A stretch of DNA of 63,131 nucleotides, filler included, from Octopus bimaculoides (lineage: Eukaryota), in the NCBI RefSeq assembly GCF_001194135.2. It is 4 parts of 4 records of this genome, joined end to end, with 100 filler letters (N's around TTAATTAATTAA, not from the genome) between each part and the next. Parts side by side here need not be neighbours in the genome. Positions count along the whole stretch, not along the records: positions 44,758 to 60,491 come from NC_068982.1; positions 60,592 to 63,131 come from NW_026322428.1; 2 more parts are not named here. The stretch is one strand, 5' to 3'. The stretch's first letter is position 1, and each line of letters opens with the position of its first letter. Made by a program: the position numbers and the translations under genes. The notes below the pieces were generated by a model. That model was not told the DNA's origin and searched no databases. It saw nothing but the letters and a program-made list of their open reading frames with translations. Positions 50,609 through 63,131 of the stretch are shown here, piece by piece.

Positions 50609-51842
50609 TTGCAACACTGGTTGAATTATGCATCTTCAGGCAGGCACACACAAGGAGTTTGCTAAATCATACTTACATCTCACTGAAGATATACTATGTC
50701 CAGTAATTTACAGTGAAACAAAAAATAAAAATAAAGAACCAGAATCATTTCGATGTAAATTACAAATTTAGAGTTGCCTGGCAGGAATTTTAGGAAAAAA
50801 AAAGAAAAATATAAGTAAAAAAATACGTGGATATCTGGTACAATAGATAAGAAAAAATAAACATAAAATTTTACTGATGTCCAAAAAGTTTCTCCTTTAA
50901 GACAACCACTTATCACAGCATGATACATCTTCCTCTACTTGAGGATGTCTTGTTGCTGACTTCATTTATGATATACAAGGCATATCCAGCGTTTAGTATC
51001 TTTATTGTTTTAAACCATTAAAAAACTAGTAGTAGAAGAGCATGCAAACACACACACACATATAAAACTAAAGCTGTGTTGGGGGTAAGCAGTGAAGTCT
51101 GATCTCAAGACCTTTTAGTTACAGGTACATTTCATCTGACAAGTTTCTATTTAGATTCCATCTACCCCAGTTCCATTCACAAGGCTAGGGCCAGCCCAGG
51201 TCTGTGGTAGAAAACAGTTGCACATGATGTCACATACTGGATTCAAACTTGGTCCTTCATGATTGCATGAATTTCTTAACCACACAACCATGCCTACAAC
51301 ACACACACACGCACACATCATTGCATTGATTCAATAACTAGCTTGTTACCAAGAGTTCATAACTTGTCATTCCTGAGTTCATGTTGCACTACAAACATTA
51401 TACTAACATTCTTAATCAAGATACCCAGTTCAATTTATACCTGCTAACATAGTTGGAAATAATAGCAACCAGTTTGCATATATTGCTAATTGTTTCCAGA
51501 GTAATTTAGTATGTATTTAAGGAGTTATATATAATAAATATATTATAATGTGTTTAGGGAGTAATATATGATGTACAAATTATCAAGTATTCATAGTGTT
51601 ATAGCATGTCATCATTATTTAACATTCACTTTTTTATGCACAATAGTCTTCTTTCAGTTTCTGCCTATCAAATTCACTCACAAGGCTTTGATCAACCCAG
51701 GGCTAATAGTACACCATGTACTACAGTACACTATGGGCAAGTGTTTTGAAATACAAGACACTTGGCCATAGTGGAACTGAACCTACAATCACATAGTTGA
51801 GAAGTGAACTTCTTAACCACACAACCATTACATGTGCCTGTA

Positions 51843-53121
51843 TCTATATATATAAAAATGAGAATGTGTGTCTGTCTGTGTGAATCCATAAAACTCGAGA
51901 ACTACGCAACCAATTTCATTCAAATTTTACACATGCCTTACTTAGGGTTCCAGTTGTGTTTTAGTCAAAAAAAATTATTAACTTCTTGCAGAGTTCGAGC
52001 ACACGGCAACATAATATCTCCTCCACTATTTAAGTATTACGTGTCAAAAGTGAAACAAAAACACTCATGTCAAATACTTTCACTTTAAAAATGAAACTAT
52101 TCCACTAACTGAAACAATCACATTTCGATACTGTAGTGACAGATACTTTCACAGAGAGAGACAGAAAGAGAGAGAGAGAGAGATGTATATGTATACATAT
52201 ANNNNNNNNNNNNNNNNNNNNNNNNNNNNNNNNNNNNNNNNNNNNNNNNNNNNNNNNNNNNNNNNNNNNNNNNNNNNNNNNNNNNNNNNNNNNNNNNNNN
52301 NNNNNNNNNNNNNNNNNNNNNNNNNNNNNNNNNNNNNNNNNNNNNNNNNNNNNNNNNNNNNNNNNNNNNNNNNNNNNNNNNNNNNNNNNNNNNNNNNNNN
52401 NNNNNNNNNNNNNNNNNNNNNNNNNNNNNNNNNNNNNNNNNNNNNNNNNNNNNNNNNNNNNNNNNNNNNNNNNNNNNNNNNNNNNNNNNNNNNNNNNNNN
52501 NNNNNNNNNNNNNNNNNNNNNNNNNNNNNNNNNNNNNNNNNNNNNNNNNNNNNNNNNNNNNNNNNNNNNNNNNNNNNNNNNNNNNNNNNNNNNNNNNNNN
52601 NNNNNNNNNNNNNNNNNNNNNNNNNNNNNNNNNNNNNNNNNNNNNNNNNNNNNNNNNNNNNNNNNNNNNNNNNNNNNNNNNNNNNNNNNNNNNNNNNNNN
52701 NNNNNNNNNNNNNNNNNNNNNNNNNNNNNNNNNNNNNNNNNNNNNNNNNNNNNNNNNNNNNNNNNNNNNNNNNNNNNTCTCTTGGAAGAGCCCTGCTTCT
52801 CACATGGACAACTGTATGTTGGCTGCTCAAGAGTGGGCAGCAACAAAAAACCTATTTGTATATGCTCCACAAGGGAAAACAAGGAACATAGTTTACAATG
52901 AGGTGTTATAACCACAACAGCAAGAAAGTATGTACATGATCACCTTCTTTTACGAAATTTCATTGACTTTCATATATTTATATTGATATACATATATATA
53001 CGTGTGTTTGGGTGCGTGTGTGTATATACATCTCTCTATATAAAGATGATGCGTAGTCTAGACGGCGTTTTTAGATTTCATTATTCTCTTTAACCCGGGC
53101 AACGCCGGGTATTTCTGCTAG
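51843..53121 (+). mobile_element. Non-autonomous or deleted Helitron with both termini (spans gap 52202-52777)
   Basis: A|TCTATATATATAAAA 5' end; helicase C-terminus EEPCFSHGQLYVGCSRVG then a frameshift to NLFVYAPQGKTRNIVYNEVL* (52778-52911); hairpin ACCCGG-GCAACG-CCGGGT at 53093-53110; CTAG|T at 53118-53122. Confidence 0.88.
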
Positions 53122-53233
53122 TATCTTTATAAAACCTAAGTTAGTTTGACATAAATATAAATAGTTTTGTATAAAATGAAACTATTACTTAATAAATACT
53201 AATAATATTATATCTGAGGTAATGAAATAAATA

Positions 53234-54520
53234 TTGGGTCATCCCATAAATAATGCAGTTTTTTCAATTGCATGAACTAAAAGTTGGAGGGGAATGAGAT
53301 AAATTACCTGCATCAACTTGCTATAAAAGCAGGTAGTAATTTTACCATATACTTATTCTTAGTGCAAATTTTGAAGAGTGCAGATCGATTTTAACAGTTA
53401 TTTTTTCAAAGCTATAATGGAAGTGACAAAGGAGCATATTCGGCATATTTTGCATATGAGTTCAATAAAGACAACAATGCAATGGAAAGTGTGAGGAATA
53501 TTAATGCAGTATATGGGGATTGGACAACAAGCACAAGCCAATGTCAATGGTGGTTCCAGAAATTCTGAGCTAGAAACTACAGCTTAGAAAATGAGCCTTA
53601 TCCTGGAAGATCTGTAGAGCTTGATGAGCATGTCCTGCAAACTCTGGAACAAAATCCCATTGTAATTGTTGAGTGACTAGCAGAGAAGCTTGGATTTGGT
53701 CATTCAACCATTCATTGACTCCTGCATGCCATTGGAAAAGTCAGCAAATTGGGTCAATGGGTTCCTCACCAACTTTCCAAGTCTAATCGCATGCAGAGAG
53801 TGTATGTGTGCTCTTCTTTGCTGTCATGGCTCATGAATGAACCTTTTTGGGACCAAATAGTGGCTGGTGACGAGAAATAGGTTCCCTATAAAAATGTCAA
53901 GTGCTAAAGACAGTGGGTAGGGAGAGGAGAAATGCCGGCACCTCAATCTAAAGAAGGTCTTCACCCATGTAAGGTGTTGTTATCTGTTTGGTGGGATATG
54001 AAAGGTTTAGTCCATTTTGAACTTTTAAACCCTAACCAAACGATAACAAAGGAAATCCACTGTGAGCAGCTTGAGCGGCTTAAGTAAGTGCTAGAAGGAA
54101 AACGACCATCTTTGGTTTCAAGACGAATGGTATTCTTCCATCAGGATAATGCTTGGACACATACAGTAAGGTTGACATTCCAAAGGCTGGAGCTGTTTGA
54201 CTGGGAAACATTGCCCCACGCACCATATTCACCAGACATTGCCCCATCTGATTATAATTTATTCTGTAGTGTTCAAAATCATTTAAATGGAAAAAAGATG
54301 AATTTTGTAGACGAGGTCAGAATAGTACTGGAGGAGTATTTTTCATCATGGACAAGTGAAATTTGGAAGCGGGGCCTTGCAAGTCTACTAGATAGATGGA
54401 AGAGCATTGTAGAAAATGAAGGAGAGTATATTTTAGATTGAAAAAGAACTTTGTTTATCTTAATTTTGAAAAATAAAAGAAGTATAAAAAAAAACCCACA
54501 TTATTTATGGGATGACCCAA
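53234..54520 (+). mobile_element. Full-length (1287 bp) mariner element with TIRs and TA TSDs; transposase inactivated
   Basis: TA-TTGGGTCATCCCATAAATAATG ... CATTATTTATGGGATGACCCAA-TA. Confidence 0.95.
53417..54441 (+). pseudogene. Mariner DD34D transposase pseudogene
   Basis: ATG at 53417; WVPH, GDEK*, HQDNA and PYSPDIAPSDY, with 34 residues between the second and third Asp; several in-frame stops and frameshifts. Confidence 0.93.
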
Positions 54521-54656
54521 TATAAACAAAGTTGTCAGTATCTCATTGAAATTCATAGTCATGAGACTAACATTATTAAATTTAACACAATGATATGCAG
54601 TTGCTGAAGTTTGTACTACAAATTATATGATTTGATAATGTAATATTTGGACTCAT

Positions 54657-54709
<53 letters not shown>

Positions 54710-55988
54710 GGTTTGTTATTGAAGCATAACTGCTGGTTTAACTATTTAAATACCAACAAACCTGAAACCATTTTTTGTTTTATGGTATAAAATTCTATCA
54801 GTGTTCATATTTTAAATTAGTCTTCCAACATGATTTTATGAGACCATTTTCCCCAAACAACAACTTGTTAATGAAAAAGTTGGTTTTCAAATTAATTAAT
54901 TAATTTCAAAATTAATTGAAATTCCTAGACTGTGCATTTCATTAGAAATGTGGTCATGAATGGGTTAAATGCATATATATCGTACACATAGTCTTCCATC
55001 ATAAATGCCATGTATTAATTAATTCTGTAAGTGCTAGGTGACAAATTTACATGGTTTCAATTCTATGGTGAAGTAAAGACCAGCCTTAACATTTAGTGTT
55101 TATGATATTACTGTTGATGTTAGACATATTCAGTTATATAGTCGGGGGAAAAAATTATTAAACTAAGAAAAATGAGATCTCTTGAGATTTAGTGCTACCT
55201 TTCCTACAAGTAAAGATAGGGTATCAATAAAGCTGGTTAAGGCCTGTTTGGACAATTACCACTGCCCTGAGCCAATGAGGGAGCCTCTTTGTGGTTGTTT
55301 GGATTGGATTGGATTGGATTGGATGTATTGTCCACTGTAGAACAAAGGCTTCAGCATATTCTCAACCACAGTCTAATGTGGAAGCCATGAATTTGATCTT
55401 GAGTTTATACTGGTTTGCTTGTCATGCTAGAAATAGAAGCTAAATCTCCCTCAAATCACTTCCTACAGTCTTAAAGCTACAGTGAGACATTGGTTAATGT
55501 AGCCTGAAAGGCATTCTCTGAAAATATGATGGAATGGTCATGACTGGAACACTTGATCATAGAGTAGCTAGCCCACACTAATCTGGGGTTAAACAATAAT
55601 TATACTATAAACAAGATAGTGTAAGTAATTACACTACCGTGTTAGTCAGAATTAGCTGGTTTTAATGTTAAAGAGATTAAAATGATTTGGATATATCAAG
55701 TTAATATATTTAAGACAAAATCTTGTAACACTAGTCATTAATTCTTGATGCTTCAAACATACTTTTATGGGAAGAAAATGACAAAATTGAAATCCTGGAC
55801 AATCTCTAAACATTCTTTGTATTTTAACATTATTGCATGCAAGCAATTATAATACCTAGCTGTTTTTGCACAATTTACATTTAAATAATATATTAGCTTG
55901 TGTTATGTTTGTTGTCACATTAATGGGCTAGTATTGAAGTAGGAGGCAAACTGTGTGTGAAAAGTAACAGTAGGAATAAAATGAATAT

Positions 55989-56205
55989 TCTTTTCTACTC
56001 TAGGCACAAGGCCCATAAATTTTTGAGGAGGAGGCTAGTCGATGAGATTGACGCCAGTATGCAACTGGTACTTAATTTACTGACCCCAAAAGGATGAAAG
56101 ACAAAGTCGACCTCGGCGGAATTTGAACTCAGACCGTAATGACAGACAAAATACCGCTAAGCATTTTGCTTGGCGTGCTAACGCTTCTGCCAGCTCAGTG
56201 CCTTA
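55989..56205 (-). mobile_element. Well-preserved SINE family A copy
   Basis: AAAGTCGACCTCGGCGGAATTTGAACTCAG with CpGs retained; flanked by the repeated AGGAATAAAATGAATA (about 55972 and 56205), a possible TSD. Confidence 0.85.
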
Positions 56206-56325
56206 GGAATAAAATGAATACTAATGAAAGAATGTGTTTATTTTAATCCAATTTAACTTTCATTTTAGTTCCTGTACAGTATATTACATTGTACAAAAGA
56301 TATACTCTAAAATTCAGTTTCACAT

Positions 56326-56359
<34 letters not shown>

Positions 56360-56489
56360 AAGTTAAATATGTGTCCAGTCATAGTCACCAATGGTTTCAC
56401 TCTATGATCAGACATATATTTAACTTCATGTAAATACATTACTGCTCTAACTTTTAGAGTGCCCTTCTTTTTGGGATATATGATCCACT

Positions 56490-56529
<40 letters not shown>

Positions 56530-56685
56530 TCTTTTATACTCTTTTACTTGTTTCAGTCTTTTGACTGTGGCCATGCTGGAGCACCGCCTTTAGTCGAGCA
56601 AATCGACCCCAGGACTTATTTTTTGGAAGCCTAGTACTTATTCTATCGGTCTCTTTTGCTGAACCGCTAAGTTGTTCTAATTATA

Positions 56686-56842
<157 letters not shown>

Positions 56843-59800
56843 AATTAGAACACAACCCATTTGTGTTTTTATTTTATGCAAACACCATACCTGGATCTTG
56901 TATTGGATCGTGAACTTGCATGCCTGTGTACATGAGTATGTATTTGCATGTATATTTATATGTATGTGTGTATTTGTGTGTACATCTACATATATATGTA
57001 GGTGTAAGGATATGTCCATATATGCATGGGTGTGTATGGATGTATTTCTATGTGGTATATACACATATGTACTGAACTCCACTTTCTCTTGGTTTCCTAC
57101 CTGCTAAAAGTACGTTGTCTCAAATGAATCCTACAAATAATTATATGCATACATACATGCATGCATGTATGTATGTCTATCAGACTGGAACCTGGTGCGG
57201 CTTGCCAGCTCTAGTCAAACCGTCCAACCTCTGCCAGCATGGAAAATGAACGTTAAATGATGATGATGATACACACACATACACGTACATATGCACACAG
57301 AATACATTGTGTGGTATAGAAATTATTTTGTAGAGTAAAAAAAGAATTTTATATTTAATTTCATTTGAACATGTGTACCCTTCTGATAACATAGATATAC
57401 TAGTATGTATGTGCGCATGCAAAGTGTACATGCACGCATACACTAAGAAAATTTTTTTTTTTTTTCTTTTTCCCTTCTATCATAAATAGTTCTTACCCTT
57501 AAGTAAACTGAAAGCATCTAATATTTTCCTCTGTATATTGATAATTATAGGGTTAAAATGTATTGCGAAAAGACTGTGTAATAGTATATAAAAAGATATT
57601 TTAAAAAAGAAAAAAAAGAAAGGAAATGAGAAAATTTGCTCCTGTAAATCTATGCTGATAGGTTATTATAAAGACGGTTAAATAGATGATAATTGACTGA
57701 TGAAGAAGATATCAATTTGATAACATGATAGAACTATTTTAAACAGTACTGAAAATTGCATGAATAGTCATCACTCTTAAATGAAGTATAATCCTCTATT
57801 ATATGACTGTTTGATTAATGGGTTCTAAAGATAAAAGACTAACCTAGATTATAGTCATATCTGTTTTTGACAGATTCCCATCTCTTTGCAGCCTTATTAT
57901 TTATTATCTATTAGGAAATGTTATTAAATTAAACCCTTTTGTTAATGAAATTAATAAGCTGGTATATCATTTTGTTTTAAGTATCAGCTAATACACTGGT
58001 TTCACCATCTCTGCTATTGATACTATCAACATAGACTTGTTTTCAGTTCTCTGGAATAACAATCCTGTGAAAAGGTTGATAGTGTTGAACCCTGGTGACA
58101 TAATTGTTTAAGAAATCTGACTGGGTCAACAAATCTTGTTCTAATATCACAGTTGATGATAGGGGTGGCGATAGATGTTAGAAATGGTAGAGTGTTGATG
58201 GAAAAAGTATTTAGTTACATCATTTATGGTCTGAGTTCAAATTCCACTGGGGCTGATGGTGACTCTGCTTTTCATTTCTCTTGTGTCGATGAAGTACTAA
58301 TTGTATCTTCAAGTAGCCATAACTGAGATGTATGACAATGCTCTGCTGCATTAGATATCTCTGCTCTCATTAGCATTGGTAAATCTTTAATTTCATGTAG
58401 TGTTATATAACTGGGAGTTGTAAATTCAATATTTGAAGTCTTGTGCCTTTGTTAGAATTCATTATTTATCACTATAGGAGAAACATTAATGTAACTCAGT
58501 TAACTGGGTTTTGTTTGACAAAGTTGCTGCCTAACCATTTAGTGATCTTTGTTCAGATTATTCTATGCTTATTTATTTATATTGTTTTGAATTTATCATG
58601 CATTAACTATTTCAGAGCTTTGAGATTTCAATGATGTGATGATTTTTAGTATGACATTATAAAGTAGGTGTGAGAGGCCAGATCTGACTGGTTTGATCAC
58701 AAAGCAGGTCGAATATTTTGACCAAATATGGCTGATTGAAATCCTAAGGGTTAAACTTAGGTGAAATAAAATCAGTTACTACAGTCTTTTAAATAGTAAT
58801 GTGAATAGAAAATCATATTTATCACCATTTCACTTGCCTTTTCCATGTCTAAATATGGAAATGTTCAACAAATATATTTCTACTGTATTGCTTGGTATAT
58901 TACTCCAGGAATCTATAAATTTGAAGTTAAAGAAAATAACTTTTAAATTCATAAGTTGGTTGTGTTCTTTTATCTGATCACATTATTCAGTTGTAAACAG
59001 TATTTTTTTGTTGATAAATGTAAATAAACTTAACGTAAACTTTAAAATTTTGTACATTTACAAATTATTTCAACTTTAGAAGATGATGAGCCAACAAAGA
59101 AGTTTCTAAGTAGTTACTGGACCTACTAAAAGTGACAGCCAGTTTTTATCTTGAATCACACTCTGGCTGTTTGTCTTAATTAAGAAGGGATACATTATAT
59201 AATGTAGTCCTACATACACCAAATCATGGCTGGAATGCTTTTAATCATAGGTCAGCTCAGAGTTGACTTGGGGCTAAACAGGTATCTGCGTTCTGTTTGA
59301 AATAGTAAGCAAATTCCCTTTAAATCAAACTCTACAATGTTACTACTACACATGAACATTGTAGTCCTAGATACACTGTATTTGAAAAAAGAAAAGGGGT
59401 AGCCATCACTGTTGCTATACAACACTAACTACCACCTCTAGAAAGTATTTAAATCACACAACAGGCAGTCTAGCTCTTGTTTCCTTCATTGGCTTCTCAC
59501 ATTTCTATGTCTTATCTGATTATGTTTCTGACTGTGAAGAAAACTTATTTCTTTCTTTCATTGTTTGACTAAGGTCAATATGTGAATAAGTTCATGATAA
59601 CTTTGTATTTTCAGTCGCTTTCCCCACCACCGAATTTATTAAATTAGAGAACTAAGATAATTTTTCCTTTAATTGATACCATTCTTTTTTATATGTCTTT
59701 TAGAGTAAATTGAATTAATTTTCTCTTCTTTTATTTCTGCTTCTTTTTTGACTGCTACTTACCCTGGATCTATTTGCCTGATATTCTATTGTTTATTCCT

Positions 59801-60375
59801 TGCACAACTTTTAAATGTAGTGTAGGGTAATTAAGATTCCAAATATTTACAATTATCCTTTTTAAATATTTTTGTGGAAATTAAAGTACTAAAATAAGTA
59901 CTAGCATCCTTATGGTCATGAATTCACATCACACTTATGACATTGTCATACCCTTGAGAAAGATGCACAATTTGCTTTAGTTAGCTAAATATAATCACAA
60001 GAATTCAAAATGTTTATCGGTGGTGATCCATATTTGTAAGTGTCAGTTCAGTAAAAATATCAAAATATTGAGGTGTGTATACTACAAAGAAAGAATATTG
60101 ATATTTAAGGAAGGGCTCTGCACATGAGGTATTTCTTTTCTTTGTAATATGCTAACATACTGCAGTTTTTGAGACTTACTGAATGACTAACAAACAGGTT
60201 CCAGTCGTAGAGAAACCAACTGTAAAATCAATTGCTCGTACAGTATTGAAATTTGTCAAAATTTTTGGACTGCATGCTTGCAATTAGGTACATTATGAAT
60301 AAATGTTTTCTCCCACTATATCCACATAAGCAGTGAAAGAAAAAATGCAAAGATATGAAAGCATTTCATAGAGTT

Positions 60376-60491
60376 ACCCCCTCCACCGGAAGTTCACTCC
60401 TCTGTCATCCCACCCCCTCCACCGGAAGTTCATTCCTCTGTCATCCCACCCCCTCCACCGGAAGTTCATTCCTCTGCCATCCCACCCCCTC
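60376..60491. repeat. 36-bp minisatellite, 3+ copies, running into the scaffold join
   Basis: ACCCCCTCCACCGGAAGTTCA(C/T)TCCTCTG(T/C)CATCCC at 60376, 60412 and 60448, partial at 60484. Confidence 0.92.
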
Positions 60492-60591
60492 NNNNNNNNN
60501 NNNNNNNNNNNNNNNNNNNNNNNNNNNNNNNNNNNTTAATTAATTAANNNNNNNNNNNNNNNNNNNNNNNNNNNNNNNNNNNNNNNNNNNN
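60492..60591. other. Artificial 100-nt scaffold join
   Basis: 44 N + TTAATTAATTAA (60536-60547) + 44 N. Confidence 0.95.
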
Positions 60592-61785
60592 CTTTCTTCC
60601 TGTTTCTGTTGTCCCTGTAATTCAAAGGGTCAGCCTTGTCATATTCTGTGTCACGCTGAATCTCCCCGGAAAACTACGTTAAGGGTACACGTGTCTGATC
60701 CGCTTTTAATCGGTACGAAAATATAGTAGAAGACGCTTGCTGAAAGTGCCACCGCAGTGGGACTGAACCCGGAACCATGCGGTTCGGAAGCAAACACCTT
60801 ACCACCTCGCTATCACCAACACCATCATCATTATCATCATCATTCCCAGATAGTGTTAAATGTTTAAGAGGAAATATCTAGCGAGTAATACAGAGAAGGA
60901 GAGAGAAAGAGAGAAGAAGAGAATGAGTTATTTCTTTACTGCCCACAAGGGGCTACACACAGAGGGGACAAACAAGGACAGACAAACGGATTAAGTCGAT
61001 TACATCGACTCCAGTGCGTAACTGATACTTAATTTATCGACCCCGNNNNNNNNNNNNNNNNNNNNNNNNNNNNNNNNNNNNNNNNNNNNNNNNNNNNNNN
61101 NNNNNNNNNNNNNNNNNNNNNNNNNNNNNNNNNNNNNNNNNNNNNNNNNNNNNNNNNNNNNNNNNNNNNNNNNNNNNNNNNNNNNNNNNNNNNNNNNNNN
61201 NNNNNNNNNNNNNNNNNNNNNNNNNNNNNNNNNNNNNNNNNNNNNNNNNNNNNNNNNNNNNNNNNNNNNNNNNNNNNNNNNNNNNNNNNNNNNNNNNNNN
61301 NNNNNNNNNNNNNNNNNNNNNNNNNNNNNNNNNNNNNNNNNNNNNNNNNNNNNNNNNNNNNNNNNNNNNNNNNNNNNNNNNNNNNNNNNNNNNNNNNNNN
61401 NNNNNNNNNNNNNNNNNNNNNNNNNNNNNNNNNNNNNNNNNNNNNNNNNNNNNNNNNNNNNNNNNNNNNNNNNNNNNNNNNNNNNNNNNNNNNNNNNNNN
61501 NNNNNNNNNNNNNNNNNNNNNNNNNNNNNNNNNNNNNNNNNNNNNNNNNNNNNNNNNNNNNNNNNNNNNNNNNNNNNNNNNNNNNNNNNNNNNNNNNNNN
61601 NNNNNNNNNNNNNNNNNNNNNNNNNNNNNNNNNNNNNNNNNNNNNNNNNNNNNNNNNNNNNNNNNNNNNNNNNNNNNNNNNNNNNNNNNNNNNNNNNNNN
61701 NNNNNNNNNNNNNNNNNNNNNNNNNNNNNNNNNNNNNNNNNNNNNNNNNNNNNNNNNNNNNNNNNNNNNNNNNNNNNNNNNNNNC

Positions 61786-62039
61786 CACCACCACCACCAC
61801 CATCACCACCGCAACCACCACTACCGCCGCCACCACCACCACCGCCACCGCCAGAAACAACAACAACAACCACAACCCGTCCTACATCTCGTCATCATCA
61901 TCATCGTAACCATCAACATCACTATAATTCATCGACGTTTGTCGTTGCTAAGAATTTAGGGTGTGTGTTTGTTCGTTTGTAAAACATATGGTCAGTTAGT
62001 GACTACCATCACCCACCACCACCACTACAACTACTATTA

Positions 62040-62093
<54 letters not shown>
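61786..62093. repeat. (CAC)n/(CAA)n/(CAT)n/(CTA)n triplet microsatellite cluster
   Basis: Directly visible. Confidence 0.9.
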
Positions 62094-62294
62094 ATTCCGT
62101 TATCATTGCTGTTGTTCTAAATTCTTATTTTAACCCTGAGTGAGTCGAAGATTAGTTGTACAAATCAACACTAGACAAGTGGAAGTGAAGTGGAAAACGC
62201 CTGTTTTTCTTGTCTTCTGCTGCTGAGCCACCATCTTGAAATATATACATATACACACGTATAAACATACATACATACACACACACGCAAACAC

Positions 62295-62333
<39 letters not shown>

Positions 62334-62614
62334 TATATATATGTGTATTTATATAATCATATCTTTACACTGATATCTTTACAGTTGACTAGCCTCAGAG
62401 CATTTTAGGCTTCAGTACAGAGACAAAGTTATCATATATATACATACATACTTAACTACCCTTATATGGGCATATATACACATGTCCACGCACACACATT
62501 CACAAATATATGTCGTATGTATACGCTTGCGTATTTGCGCATTTTCATCCGAATGTATGTCCGGATACATATGTATATATATAGGTTTATGTGTGTATAT
62601 AGGTTTAAGTATAC

Positions 62615-62645
<31 letters not shown>

Positions 62646-62819
62646 GGCAAAGGCATGGTCGTATAGTAAGAACTTTGCTTCTCAATTACATGGTTCCGGG
62701 TTCAGTCCCACTGCTTTGTACCTTGGGTAGGTGCCTTCTACTGTAGCCTCTATCTTGCCAAAACTTGGTGAGTGGAATTAGAAGGAAACTGAAAGAAGCC
62801 CGTCACACGCACACACATA

Positions 62820-62886
<67 letters not shown>

Positions 62887-62937
62887 GTATATACGTACAT
62901 ACATATATATATATATGTGTATATATATATGTATATA

Positions 62938-63042
62938 ATTATTGCAAATTTGGGATTTTACCAATAGGACCACATCTTCAATTTCAGGACAACCTTATTT
63001 GGAATTGTGGTCCTATTGGTAAAATCCCAGATTTGTAATAAT
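62938..63042. repeat. Hairpin/MITE-like inverted repeat, 37-bp arms
   Basis: ATTATTGCAAATTTGGGATTTTACCAATAGGACCACA pairs with TGTGGTCCTATTGGTAAAATCCCAGATTTGTAATAAT (2 mismatches). Confidence 0.85.
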
Positions 63043-63131
63043 ATTATAATTGATACTATTTGCTTTGCATTAGTAAAATGTAAAACAGTAAATATCCTGA
63101 TAACCTGGAATAATTATTCTTTCCTAAGGTT

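Overview
AT-rich, microsatellite- and SINE-dense animal genomic DNA. The repeat landscape is typical of a coleoid cephalopod, most likely Octopus; this is inferred from the repeats, not from a database search. Three identical 100-nt artificial joins (44 N + TTAATTAATTAA + 44 N at 17395, 44658 and 60492) split the window into four assembly blocks whose true adjacency is uncertain. Block 1 holds eight consecutive GT-AG, phase-0 exons of the clathrin heavy chain gene on the minus strand (equivalent to human residues about 174-594). It also holds a candidate 39-nt in-frame cassette microexon about 10 kb upstream and a tandem duplication of one splice acceptor. Block 2 holds the last two coding exons (minus strand) of an unidentified death-domain-like protein with a Cys/basic patch, a PSAP motif and a poly-Q/P/H tail. 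Around them are strongly orientation-biased SINE chains, an R4/Dong-like LINE remnant, several MITEs/foldbacks and a 98-bp-arm perfect palindrome. Block 3 is mostly transposon debris: a hAT end, a miniature LTR element with integrase only, two mariners (one nested in a SINE), a Helitron and an R4/Dong fragment. Most ORFs in the supplied track are microsatellite or N-gap artefacts. The best leads for new biology are the clathrin microexon next to the W-box site, the duplicated clathrin acceptor (possible AS-NMD switch) and the orphan death-domain protein.
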